From assembly GCA_041690695.1 (NCBI GenBank), contig JBEPVZ010000003.1, forward strand, positions 13,633 to 77,632: a stretch of DNA of 64,000 nt, read 5' to 3'. The position numbers and the translations under genes were made by a program. Source of the stretch: Candidatus Daviesbacteria bacterium. Lineage in GTDB: Bacteria > Patescibacteriota > Microgenomatia > Daviesbacterales > UBA10151. The notes beneath the pieces were generated by a model that ran no database searches, was not told the origin of the DNA, and worked only from the letters and a program-made list of their open reading frames with translations. Position 1 is the first letter of the stretch. Each line of letters opens with the position of its first letter. Shown piece after piece: positions 39,736 to 48,776 of this stretch.

Positions 39736-40037
39736 TCCTACTTATTCCAATCGGTTTCTGCTTTGGTATTAGTTGGTTTATAGCCACAAATTCTAACGCT
39801 ACAAAGCCGACCAGTTGGTGGAAAGCATTAATAAGATGTTTCATTGTGACATCCCCACTTGCCTTGATTCTAACCTACTTTTTATCTAATATTTGTATCG
39901 ATAGTTGTAGTAACCATCCACTCGATGCGGTAACCAAGATCTTTGGTTTAGTCGTAGGAGTCACTACTTTGCCAATTTATGCTGGCTGGATGGTGGGAGC
40001 GAGAGCGAGAACTAAAACCAAACCTAGCCGACATTAA
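39732..40037 (+). CDS. Small membrane protein
   Basis: About 3 hydrophobic segments with a CIDSC loop; ATGA overlap with the Clp gene. Confidence 0.55.
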   Translation: MILLIPIGFCFGISWFIATNSNATKPTSWWKALIRCFIVTSPLALILTYFLSNICIDSCSNHPLDAVTKIFGLVVGVTTLPIYAGWMVGARARTKTKPSRH

Positions 40038-40061
40038 CCAACTTGTGGTATTTTTAGACTA

Positions 40062-41231
40062 ATGCTCAAAAAGCCTAGCTTCAAAACCCCATTAATTGTT
40101 CAAGAAAATCCCAAATTATCAATCTTTGTCGGAGTCTTACTGTTTTTAATCCTGCTCTTCATGGCCTTAATCTTCTTTTTTAAAAACCCTAATCTAGCTT
40201 CTAATTTCTCAAACAATAACTCGACCCCCGTCCAGTTTACCGATGCCCCTAAGGTTCAATTCTTTAATTACAATATCAGCAGTGCTAGCGCAGCCTTAAA
40301 GCCACCTACTCAAGTTAAGTTATATGACTTAAAAACTGATTTTAGTAATAATGAGATTCTAGACTTTGCGAAGAAGCTAGGTTTATCAAGTTATACGCCA
40401 GATAACGGGCCAACAGTAGTCGTTTATAACTATGATGACCCTGCTAATCGGGGCTTAATTCAATTTGATAAAACCACAGGTAGCTTTAGTTACGAATCAT
40501 ATGGAGTTTTAAAACCTTCTATTCAAGCCTCTACCCCTACTCAATCAGCCTTAAACATACTAACGGATCTAAACCTAAATGACTCGACATAGGTCTGTGA
40601 CTACACTTATCAGCGACAAGAAACTACAACTCAAACTTATCTTGAATGACATCATTCATGCGCAAAATTAGGTATGCCATTAACAAGCTTGGCCCAATCT
40701 TTAAATTTAACAGAGGACGAAAAGTTAATCTCAGCTGCACCCGGCAACGTTACAGAAGCGGTCGATGACGACCCGACAATTCAAAACGTCAAACAAAATG
40801 GCTTAGCTCAAGTAGCTAGTAATGGTCGGGCTAGACCAGCTGATTTTAATACTGTCACTGTGGGAGTTAATACCGATGGATCGATTCAAACAATCGTCTC
40901 TAATTTGCGATGGATTACAAGTGCTGACACCTTAGCTTCAAGCCAGTTAATTACTCCCCAAGAAGCACTGACGACATTTAAAAATAACCAGGCCGATATT
41001 GCTATGGTTGTTCCTGAAGGCCGCGGAGTAGTCGATCTGACTAAAGTTTTTCATCATAATACGGCTATTGGCCAAGATGGCAATATTTCTGAATTTCAAT
41101 TGATTTACCTTGAAAAAACCAGCGATACAGCCGAAACTCAATATCTTCCTTACTATTTAATTCGCGGTTACTCGGAGTTAGATTCTGGTTACAATGTTCG
41201 TTTTGCCGAGTTAATCAAAGCTATTAAATAA
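40062..41231 (+). pseudogene. Membrane-anchored protein, paralog of 45399, interrupted by two in-frame stops
   Basis: ORFs 40062..40592 and 40674..41231 are in the same frame; TAG at 40590 and TGA at 40647; read-through aligns with 45399 along its length. Confidence 0.8.
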
Positions 41232-41640
41232 CTATGACAAAACTCGCACTATCACTACCAGGCTTTCAAAATGCGGTCTCAAGTCCTGCTAAAACTCAGT
41301 ATCAGGATCTTGGCTCACTACTTTCAGGTGGTTACTCTATTCTGCTTTTGATTGCTGCCTTTTTAATGGTTTATTGGTTGTCTTGGGGAATCTTTCAATA
41401 CATCTTTGCTGGTGGTGAAAAAGAAAAGTTAGCTCATGCTCGGAAAAGAATTACTTGGGCGATTGTTGGTTTTATCATTATTGTTTTAGCTTTTACGATT
41501 CGTTACTTTGTAGAAGAAGTCTTCCCCCCTCAAAATACATTAACCCAAGTCGATACTCCCCTTAACTATGTCTCAACTGATCTTCAACAACCCCCAACTG
41601 CAGTTCAACAACCTCAAACTGGTGGTACTGGTGGTCAAGC
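41226..41640 (+). repeat. 415-bp direct repeat, copy 1
   Basis: Appears identical by eye to 46560..46974 (offset 5334). Confidence 0.92.
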
Positions 41641-43237
41641 CGACGGAACAGGCGGCCAAGCTGGTACAAATGGTCAGCAAAATCCCAGCCAACACAGCCC
41701 TATTTTACCAAATGCTCCTGGGGGACCAGCTCAACAGGATCAGATTACAACCAATATTCCTGAAACTTGCCAGCAATATGTTTCAGCTCATGGTTCAGCT
41801 ATAGCCGACATTCAAGGCTATAATCTATCTTTTAATGTTCCTAATTATGGAATATTAAATGTCGCCATGAAAAGTCGAGGTATTTATTTGACTGACGATA
41901 CCCCCGTTACAACGGCACAATCTCAGAGAGAGCAAACTAAAAACGCCTTTTTCCAAGTCATCAAACAACAATATTTAAGAAACTTTGCTTATGATCTGGT
42001 TAAAAGACGGAAAAGAGAAGCTGATCTGGGAGTTGATCCCAAAAATCAGAGTTTTGATATAAATCACAATTTTAATAATACCGATGAGATCAAAACTGAG
42101 TTTAGTAAGTTAGATAATTCGTATAAGTCCACCTTCAATGGTGGTGAACCAGATAGTATTGGTTGTAGCTTTAATCCTGATCCAGGCACTGCTCTATATT
42201 ACCCCGCTCCTTTATATAACTGTACTAAAAATACCCAATTAGATAATGGCATGATTGAGATAATCGCTGATGGAGTTGCCTCAGATTATAAAAACTCGAC
42301 AGTGGCAGAGCGTTACGACTGGGCTAACAAAGTTGAAGATTATAAATTCGGTAATTTAAACTACACCCTTCCTTACTACTTTACTGACTTTATTGCTAAT
42401 CCTTCGAGCACCAATGGTGCATCGTCTGGGGCTGCCAAGGCCTGTTATGTAACTGGATTTGTTCACAACCCGCAATTAGATAATCTAAACCGTCAGGCTA
42501 ACTTTTCTGAGTTTGGTTGCTATGAATTGGCAGTCACAGGGCCTGGCAATTCAGCTATTCCGCTTGAAAACGGCAACTTAAATCAACAAGTTCAAGATTA
42601 TGAGAACTCTGTCGCTTCGCATCAACCTGGTGGGACATCAACAATCAAGGCGACCTTGCCAAACGACGATAAAGCTTTTAAATATGTTGAAGGTGCACCA
42701 GGTCAGACGGTTGATGCAAGTGGTCAAATAATAATTGGGGCGGTCGGCGAACCACTCTATGCACAAGGTACGGGCAATGTTGTTAAAAAGTTATTTCACT
42801 ACGATTACGATACCAGTAAGATTATCTGGAACGACCCAACTAGCTATTATGTTATTCCAAATATTCAAACTGATCCTAATAATCCAAGTTGGAATCCGAT
42901 TATTGATAAAATTGGCCAAGGTTTAGGATTAAACGCGGTCGAGATTACGGCTCTTAAGTTGAGTATGATTCATCACGCTATGTACTTTACTCCCCAGGAA
43001 GCACCTTACCTAAAAATCTCAGTGGTTGATCCTGCTGAAGTCAAGGAAAAAATACCATTAAGTATTGATAGTAGCTATGGTGAGGTTGATCCTAAATCTT
43101 TCCACCGTAATAACTTACTAGTTGAGAAACTAAAAATCGATGACCCCACCTTACATGGTCATGAACCCCAGCTTAAACCTTATCCCGTTTCCCCAACACC
43201 GGTAATTATGTTTGAAACGGGTGTGGCAGTGAGATAA
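41234..43237 (+). CDS. CPR pilin-like (TrbC/VirB2-like) N-terminus fused to a large extracellular region
   Basis: [32 protein letters not shown] motif, Gln/Gly linker, ~500-aa soluble region ending VIMFETGVAVR. Confidence 0.75.
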   Translation: MTKLALSLPGFQNAVSSPAKTQYQDLGSLLSGGYSILLLIAAFLMVYWLSWGIFQYIFAGGEKEKLAHARKRITWAIVGFIIIVLAFTIRYFVEEVFPPQNTLTQVDTPLNYVSTDLQQPPTAVQQPQTGGTGGQADGTGGQAGTNGQQNPSQHSPILPNAPGGPAQQDQITTNIPETCQQYVSAHGSAIADIQGYNLSFNVPNYGILNVAMKSRGIYLTDDTPVTTAQSQREQTKNAFFQVIKQQYLRNFAYDLVKRRKREADLGVDPKNQSFDINHNFNNTDEIKTEFSKLDNSYKSTFNGGEPDSIGCSFNPDPGTALYYPAPLYNCTKNTQLDNGMIEIIADGVASDYKNSTVAERYDWANKVEDYKFGNLNYTLPYYFTDFIANPSSTNGASSGAAKACYVTGFVHNPQLDNLNRQANFSEFGCYELAVTGPGNSAIPLENGNLNQQVQDYENSVASHQPGGTSTIKATLPNDDKAFKYVEGAPGQTVDASGQIIIGAVGEPLYAQGTGNVVKKLFHYDYDTSKIIWNDPTSYYVIPNIQTDPNNPSWNPIIDKIGQGLGLNAVEITALKLSMIHHAMYFTPQEAPYLKISVVDPAEVKEKIPLSIDSSYGEVDPKSFHRNNLLVEKLKIDDPTLHGHEPQLKPYPVSPTPVIMFETGVAVR

Positions 43238-43241
43238 AGTT

Positions 43242-45344
43242 ATGGTCACCAACTCTGCGACAGACCCACTTTCAAAAAATAAGCGTAAATTAAAATTAAT
43301 TTTAATTGGTTTCGGATTACTGGTTATCTTTATACCAATTTCAGCATTCTTAATTAATCATTTTCAAAGGCCATCAACTCCACCTAGCCTAGCCGATTTT
43401 CCACAAATGACCCCATACACTAGTAGTGCCTCGGCCTTTGTAGCTAATCAGTTAATTGTTAAATATAAAGAGGCTTCATCTCCAGCCGAGTTAACGGACA
43501 ACAATGAAAAAGATGCAATTGCCAAGCTCTATGCCGAGCTCGGAGTTTCTTCACAGCTTCAAGCTTATCCTTCAACCGATAACCCAGATCTTAAGGAGTA
43601 CTATCTACTCGAGTTCAAAGCAGGTTCGAGTCTTAGTCTTGCCAAACAGACTCTGTCACAGCTCAAAGAAGTTGAAACCGTCGACCTAAATCCAGTCCTA
43701 AGCTTGCAAGCCACCCAAGTAGCCGGGTTAACTAATGATCTTTACTCTCTATATCAATGGAATTTAGGAAAGATTAATATTGCTCCTGTTTGGAAAGCTG
43801 GTTACCTTGGCTCAGATAAAGTTGGCATAGCAATTTTAGATTCAGGATTAGTTTTTCCTCAAAAGCATCCTGATTTACCCAGCAATATCATTCATGTTAC
43901 AAAACCTGATGACTATAACCAAGCTGCTGAGTTTTATGGAACAGCCCAGAATGACCATGTTCATGGCACTGTTGTAACAGGAATTATTGGTGCGATCAAA
44001 GACAATCATCAAGGTATTAGCGGAGTAAGTCCGATGGTTCAGATATATTCTTATCAAGTTTGTCGAAATGAAGAGTGTGATAGCTTAGCAGCTAGCCAAG
44101 CCCTCGAGTCTATCGCTCAATCCCCTGGCAAGGTTAAAGTAGTCAACTTAAGTTTAGGAGCTCCTAGCCAATCGACACCTTCAGAACCAGTTTGCCCCGA
44201 TTGGGTACAAGGACCAATTAACGATCTAACCAGTAAAGGCATTCTAGTCGTAGCCGGAGTTGGGAATGGTGATTTTACCACTGGTAATCGAGTTGGAATT
44301 GATGCCAAAAACTTTATTCCAGCCTCATGCAAAGGAGTTTTAGGTGTAGCTGCAACTAATGCCAATGACCAAAAAGCTTCATATTCAAATTATGGATCGG
44401 TGGCAAAAATTTCAGCACCGGGAGGTGAGAACGAGGCCAATGGTGCAATTTTATCGACAATTCCATTTGGAGATATTCCTAAGGATGGTCAGCTCGGGCC
44501 TTATGGAAAATATTTCGGCACATCGATGGCTACACCCCAAGTTAGTGCCGTCGCCGCTTTATTGTTTTCAGCCAATCCCGACTTAACTGTCGATAAGATT
44601 AAACAATGTTTAACTGAGGGAGGAGATCCAGTAAGCAACTTAGATCCTAAACAACCAATTGGTCCAAGATTGAACGCCGCTGGAGCTTTTAATACTTGTG
44701 GAATTCAAATCGCAAACACAACCACAGCTGATGCTAAAACAGCAACTCCACCGGTCATCCAACCCGCCCAGCCAAAAACTCCACCTCCTCCCCCGCCACC
44801 GGTCGTTTCAAAAAGTATATTACCCACTCTCCCATCAACCAACACTCCAACTACCCAAACCCCAACGAGTGTTGACTTACCCTCTGCCCTCTTTAAAGAA
44901 GTTAAAGTTGACCCTGAACAAGGCCAACTTAACGCTTTAATTACTGCCAATGTAGCTTTGTCTAATACCCAAACTCATCAGTACAAATTCCACTGGTGTG
45001 CCAATCCAACGGATATCGCGCCTCACCAGATCTGTAACGACATCACTAATTACTTTAACTTTCAAAGAGCTCCATCCGATGGACCGACTCCCAATACCAT
45101 TTTAAATGATCAGATTATTGGTCAATTTAGTCCTTCTTTGATCTGGCAGCCTTCAATTGCAATATCGGACAGAACAACTGGTAATGCTATTTATGGAAAC
45201 TATATTCTTGAAGTTGATGCCTGTAACAAGCAACCTGATGGAACCTGTCAGAACTCCAACAAACAAGATGTTTGTAGCGTTATTCAATACGATGAGTGCG
45301 TTAATTATGATCATTACAATGTCATCTTTCAACTAAACCCCTAA
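43242..45344 (+). CDS. Membrane-anchored S8 subtilisin-like serine protease with Cys-rich C-terminal domain
   Basis: TM, propeptide (QLIVKYK), triad ILDSG / HGTVVTG / GTSMATP, Pro/Thr linker. Confidence 0.92.
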   Translation: MVTNSATDPLSKNKRKLKLILIGFGLLVIFIPISAFLINHFQRPSTPPSLADFPQMTPYTSSASAFVANQLIVKYKEASSPAELTDNNEKDAIAKLYAELGVSSQLQAYPSTDNPDLKEYYLLEFKAGSSLSLAKQTLSQLKEVETVDLNPVLSLQATQVAGLTNDLYSLYQWNLGKINIAPVWKAGYLGSDKVGIAILDSGLVFPQKHPDLPSNIIHVTKPDDYNQAAEFYGTAQNDHVHGTVVTGIIGAIKDNHQGISGVSPMVQIYSYQVCRNEECDSLAASQALESIAQSPGKVKVVNLSLGAPSQSTPSEPVCPDWVQGPINDLTSKGILVVAGVGNGDFTTGNRVGIDAKNFIPASCKGVLGVAATNANDQKASYSNYGSVAKISAPGGENEANGAILSTIPFGDIPKDGQLGPYGKYFGTSMATPQVSAVAALLFSANPDLTVDKIKQCLTEGGDPVSNLDPKQPIGPRLNAAGAFNTCGIQIANTTTADAKTATPPVIQPAQPKTPPPPPPPVVSKSILPTLPSTNTPTTQTPTSVDLPSALFKEVKVDPEQGQLNALITANVALSNTQTHQYKFHWCANPTDIAPHQICNDITNYFNFQRAPSDGPTPNTILNDQIIGQFSPSLIWQPSIAISDRTTGNAIYGNYILEVDACNKQPDGTCQNSNKQDVCSVIQYDECVNYDHYNVIFQLNP

Positions 45345-45398
45345 TAAAAACGAGTCTTTATCCTTGCCTGAAAGTCGATTAGGTGGTAAGTTTAGTAT

Positions 45399-46565
45399 GT
45401 GCTAAAAACTGTTCAAGACTGGGCTCGGGCTAATAAGTTATTATTCAGTTTAAGCGCAGGTGGGCTTATTTTAATTCTGATTCTGGGAATAGTCACTCTT
45501 GTTTTGAAACTTAATCAGTCTCACACCACTCCCACTTCTACTAAATCATCATCACAATCAACTAGTCTGCCGACCTATCCCGCTCCAGCTGTGAAATTTA
45601 ATAGCTACCAGATCAGTGATGCCGCTAAAGCTTTGAAAGTGCCTGATCAAGTTAAACAATACCTCTTAAGAGCCCATTTTTCAGACTCAGACGTTAAAGC
45701 TTTTAGCAGAGCTTTTGGTTTAAATGACTATTACCTGGATGAATCTGGCCAAGCAGTCGCCTCAAACGTTAGTGATGTTAATAACCAAGGCTTAATGAAT
45801 TTTGATAAAACGACCGGCTTTTTTAGCTATCGATCTTACGGTTTAATTCAACCATCGGCTTCGTCTTCAGGCACAATTAATGCAGCGGTCAGTTATTTGA
45901 GCGATGTTGGATTGACTGATCCGACGATTGGTTGCAACCATAGCTACCAACAAACCACTCTTCCAGGCGTAACTTTCGTTGAATGTCATCGTCAGTGGGA
46001 CAAGCTCGGCTTACCACTGGTGAACTTACCAGGCGTTCTCAATATTCCTGAAAATCAAACTTTTACCGCTACTCGACCAGGCGATGTCGCTGAATTCTCA
46101 CTCCTTGACCCCTCTATCGCTAGCGTTAGTGCTTATGGAGTCTTAAAACCAACGGACAATGGTAAATCTCGGCCCTCAGATTTTAATACTGTCACAGTTG
46201 GGCTTTGGGGTGGAACTAATATTTATAGTTTATCTTCAAATCTGCGAACGATTATCTCCTCATCAGTTGTGACAAACTTATTAACTCCCGATGAAGCTCT
46301 CCAAGCTTTTAAAGATCAAAAAGCCGAGGTTTCTTTAACCCTGCCGACCGGTCAAGGCTCGTTTGACTTTGCTAAAGCTTATCCTAATAACCAGGCCCTA
46401 GCCCAAACAGCCACCATTAATAAACTCTATCTCGTTTACCTTGAAAAACCCCATGACCAGGCTCAAACTGACTACTCACCCTATTATTTAATTCAAGGCA
46501 CCGCCAATTTAAGCAGCGGTTATACAGTCAAATTTGTTCAAGTGCTATCAGCCATTAAAAAATAA
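45399..46565 (+). CDS. Membrane-anchored extracellular protein (intact paralog of 40062)
   Basis: TM; FDKTTG.FSY.SYG, RPSDFNTVTVG, LLTPDEAL, YLEK, PYYLI. Confidence 0.75.
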   Translation: MLKTVQDWARANKLLFSLSAGGLILILILGIVTLVLKLNQSHTTPTSTKSSSQSTSLPTYPAPAVKFNSYQISDAAKALKVPDQVKQYLLRAHFSDSDVKAFSRAFGLNDYYLDESGQAVASNVSDVNNQGLMNFDKTTGFFSYRSYGLIQPSASSSGTINAAVSYLSDVGLTDPTIGCNHSYQQTTLPGVTFVECHRQWDKLGLPLVNLPGVLNIPENQTFTATRPGDVAEFSLLDPSIASVSAYGVLKPTDNGKSRPSDFNTVTVGLWGGTNIYSLSSNLRTIISSSVVTNLLTPDEALQAFKDQKAEVSLTLPTGQGSFDFAKAYPNNQALAQTATINKLYLVYLEKPHDQAQTDYSPYYLIQGTANLSSGYTVKFVQVLSAIKK

Positions 46566-46974
46566 CTATGACAAAACTCGCACTATCACTACCAGGCTTT
46601 CAAAATGCGGTCTCAAGTCCTGCTAAAACTCAGTATCAGGATCTTGGCTCACTACTTTCAGGTGGTTACTCTATTCTGCTTTTGATTGCTGCCTTTTTAA
46701 TGGTTTATTGGTTGTCTTGGGGAATCTTTCAATACATCTTTGCTGGTGGTGAAAAAGAAAAGTTAGCTCATGCTCGGAAAAGAATTACTTGGGCGATTGT
46801 TGGTTTTATCATTATTGTTTTAGCTTTTACGATTCGTTACTTTGTAGAAGAAGTCTTCCCCCCTCAAAATACATTAACCCAAGTCGATACTCCCCTTAAC
46901 TATGTCTCAACTGATCTTCAACAACCCCCAACTGCAGTTCAACAACCTCAAACTGGTGGTACTGGTGGTCAAGC
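46560..46974 (+). repeat. 415-bp direct repeat, copy 2
   Basis: Appears identical by eye to 41226..41640. Confidence 0.92.
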
Positions 46975-48757
46975 TGGTACAACTCATGCCGCTCCGGTTG
47001 TAGTAACTAATCCTGGCACACTAGAATCATTACCCCACAATACAGATGGTAGCCCCAAGATTAGCTTCAGCTGTAGCGCCAGCCCTCAAACCATTAATTA
47101 TGATGACACTTTGACCGTCACCACCACTAATAGCCATCCCCAGGGTATTAATATCTTTATTGATAATAATACTCAAAATGCTGGCTCACTGAGTCCGATC
47201 ACAACCCAATCGACCACAAATAAAAATGTTTATAACATCGGCTTTAAGGCCCAGTTACAATATAACCCTCTCTACGCTCCACCTTATAATCACACCTTAA
47301 TTTTAGTTGATAATGGCAATCCGGCCATCTCAGAAAGCTGTACTTTTAACGTCAGCCCTCAAACGAGTTGTTTAAATGGGGACAAGAACGAAGTCTCAAC
47401 ATTTTCGATCAACTTACCCGACTTCGGAAACTATAATGTTACTTACTCAACACTCGGGACAACCACTGAAAATGCGGGCAGAGCGGCTGGGGTGGTTACT
47501 TCATTTTTTACCGACAAACCATCAAATTTAAGTAATAATCCGACTCTCTTAAATAGCCTCAGAGAAGCCATTTACAAGCGAGTTGAAGACCAATACGTCA
47601 TTAATGTCGCCGCCTTCCTGGTGAGAGTTAATCAAAATATCTCTCGGCCGCTACCAGCCAAAGGCTCGGTTGATGAAGCGAATGCAGTCGCAGCTCTTAA
47701 AAACTTAGATTTCAATCATCAAGATACTAAATTCACCAGCCTTGACCAACTCACTAATATCAAAAGTCCTAACGATATCTTGTCACTTTTTTCAAGCGAG
47801 TGTAAGTTTCAGGAACAGGGTGGAACGATGCCGTATTATCAGTGCAATCCTCAAACCATCGGCGACTATGGTGATCCAGGTTTAAGCAATCGGGTTAACC
47901 AAACTGCCCAAGACGTCGCGAGTAGAGTCTTTACCTTAATAAATAGTAATCCAAACGATATTATTGCGGCCTTAACTCCTACCGCAAATCAACCAGCTTT
48001 ATTTGTCGGTCGACCGATGAGTAATATCTATGAATCATTAATTACTCCTAATATTTCTGATCCTAATCCCAACAATGCTAATTTAGCTTTGGGGAATGAT
48101 CTAATAACCCAAAGAGGTATTAACCCAGGTCCTAATCTAGTTGACCTTTATCCTAAAACAGTCAGCCAGCTTCAATCCTGTTTTATAACCGGGGTGACTT
48201 TAAATTCACCGAGCTTATTCTTATACACCCAGATACCCCAATCAGTTAAAGTCACCACCCAATCCCAGGTTGGCTACTCAGACCCAGCCACAAATGATAA
48301 CAGCTGGAATGTCACCACTTCCCCCTCTGGCCAAGTGACAACAGATAATAATATTGAGCGAGATTATCTCTATTATGAATATAAGAGGGCCAGTGTTAGC
48401 TTTAACCAGCCCAACACCGGTTATATTGTCACAAGATCTGACTGGCAAAATTTAATCCGCAATACTATTGCTAAAGGTTTAGGACTTAATCAAAAAGAGA
48501 CTGACCGCATGATTAGTGAAGTTAGTAATGCTTTAGTCGGCTCTTCAAATTCACCATATTTAAGAATCTCATTGATTGATCAAGCCGAATTAAATTCTCA
48601 ATTGCCACTCCATTTCTCAACTCAGCCTGATCATCTCTATCGCTTCCACCTCATGGTCAGCTCTGTTCAGGCACCAGCTTCAATTCCCGAGCCCACTCTA
48701 AAAACGGTCGAGCGCTTAGGTTTTACCGCCATCGAGCTGGGTGCGGTCTACCGCTAA
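46568..48757 (+). CDS. Pilin-like N-terminus fused to a variable region and a conserved C-terminal domain
   Basis: First ~136 aa identical to 41234; C-terminal PSLFLY...YLYYEY...LGLNQKE...GFTAIELGAV. Confidence 0.75.
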   Translation: MTKLALSLPGFQNAVSSPAKTQYQDLGSLLSGGYSILLLIAAFLMVYWLSWGIFQYIFAGGEKEKLAHARKRITWAIVGFIIIVLAFTIRYFVEEVFPPQNTLTQVDTPLNYVSTDLQQPPTAVQQPQTGGTGGQAGTTHAAPVVVTNPGTLESLPHNTDGSPKISFSCSASPQTINYDDTLTVTTTNSHPQGINIFIDNNTQNAGSLSPITTQSTTNKNVYNIGFKAQLQYNPLYAPPYNHTLILVDNGNPAISESCTFNVSPQTSCLNGDKNEVSTFSINLPDFGNYNVTYSTLGTTTENAGRAAGVVTSFFTDKPSNLSNNPTLLNSLREAIYKRVEDQYVINVAAFLVRVNQNISRPLPAKGSVDEANAVAALKNLDFNHQDTKFTSLDQLTNIKSPNDILSLFSSECKFQEQGGTMPYYQCNPQTIGDYGDPGLSNRVNQTAQDVASRVFTLINSNPNDIIAALTPTANQPALFVGRPMSNIYESLITPNISDPNPNNANLALGNDLITQRGINPGPNLVDLYPKTVSQLQSCFITGVTLNSPSLFLYTQIPQSVKVTTQSQVGYSDPATNDNSWNVTTSPSGQVTTDNNIERDYLYYEYKRASVSFNQPNTGYIVTRSDWQNLIRNTIAKGLGLNQKETDRMISEVSNALVGSSNSPYLRISLIDQAELNSQLPLHFSTQPDHLYRFHLMVSSVQAPASIPEPTLKTVERLGFTAIELGAVYR

Positions 48758-48776
48758 GATGTGATACCTTTAGGTT

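Noticed and set aside
40590-40649. Stop-codon recoding (TGA as Gly/Trp/Sec, TAG read-through)
   Set aside because: All other genes translate cleanly in code 11, and TGA/TAG terminate conserved genes (e.g. ATGA overlaps at 35273 and 39732); two different stops in one small patch fit mutation or error better
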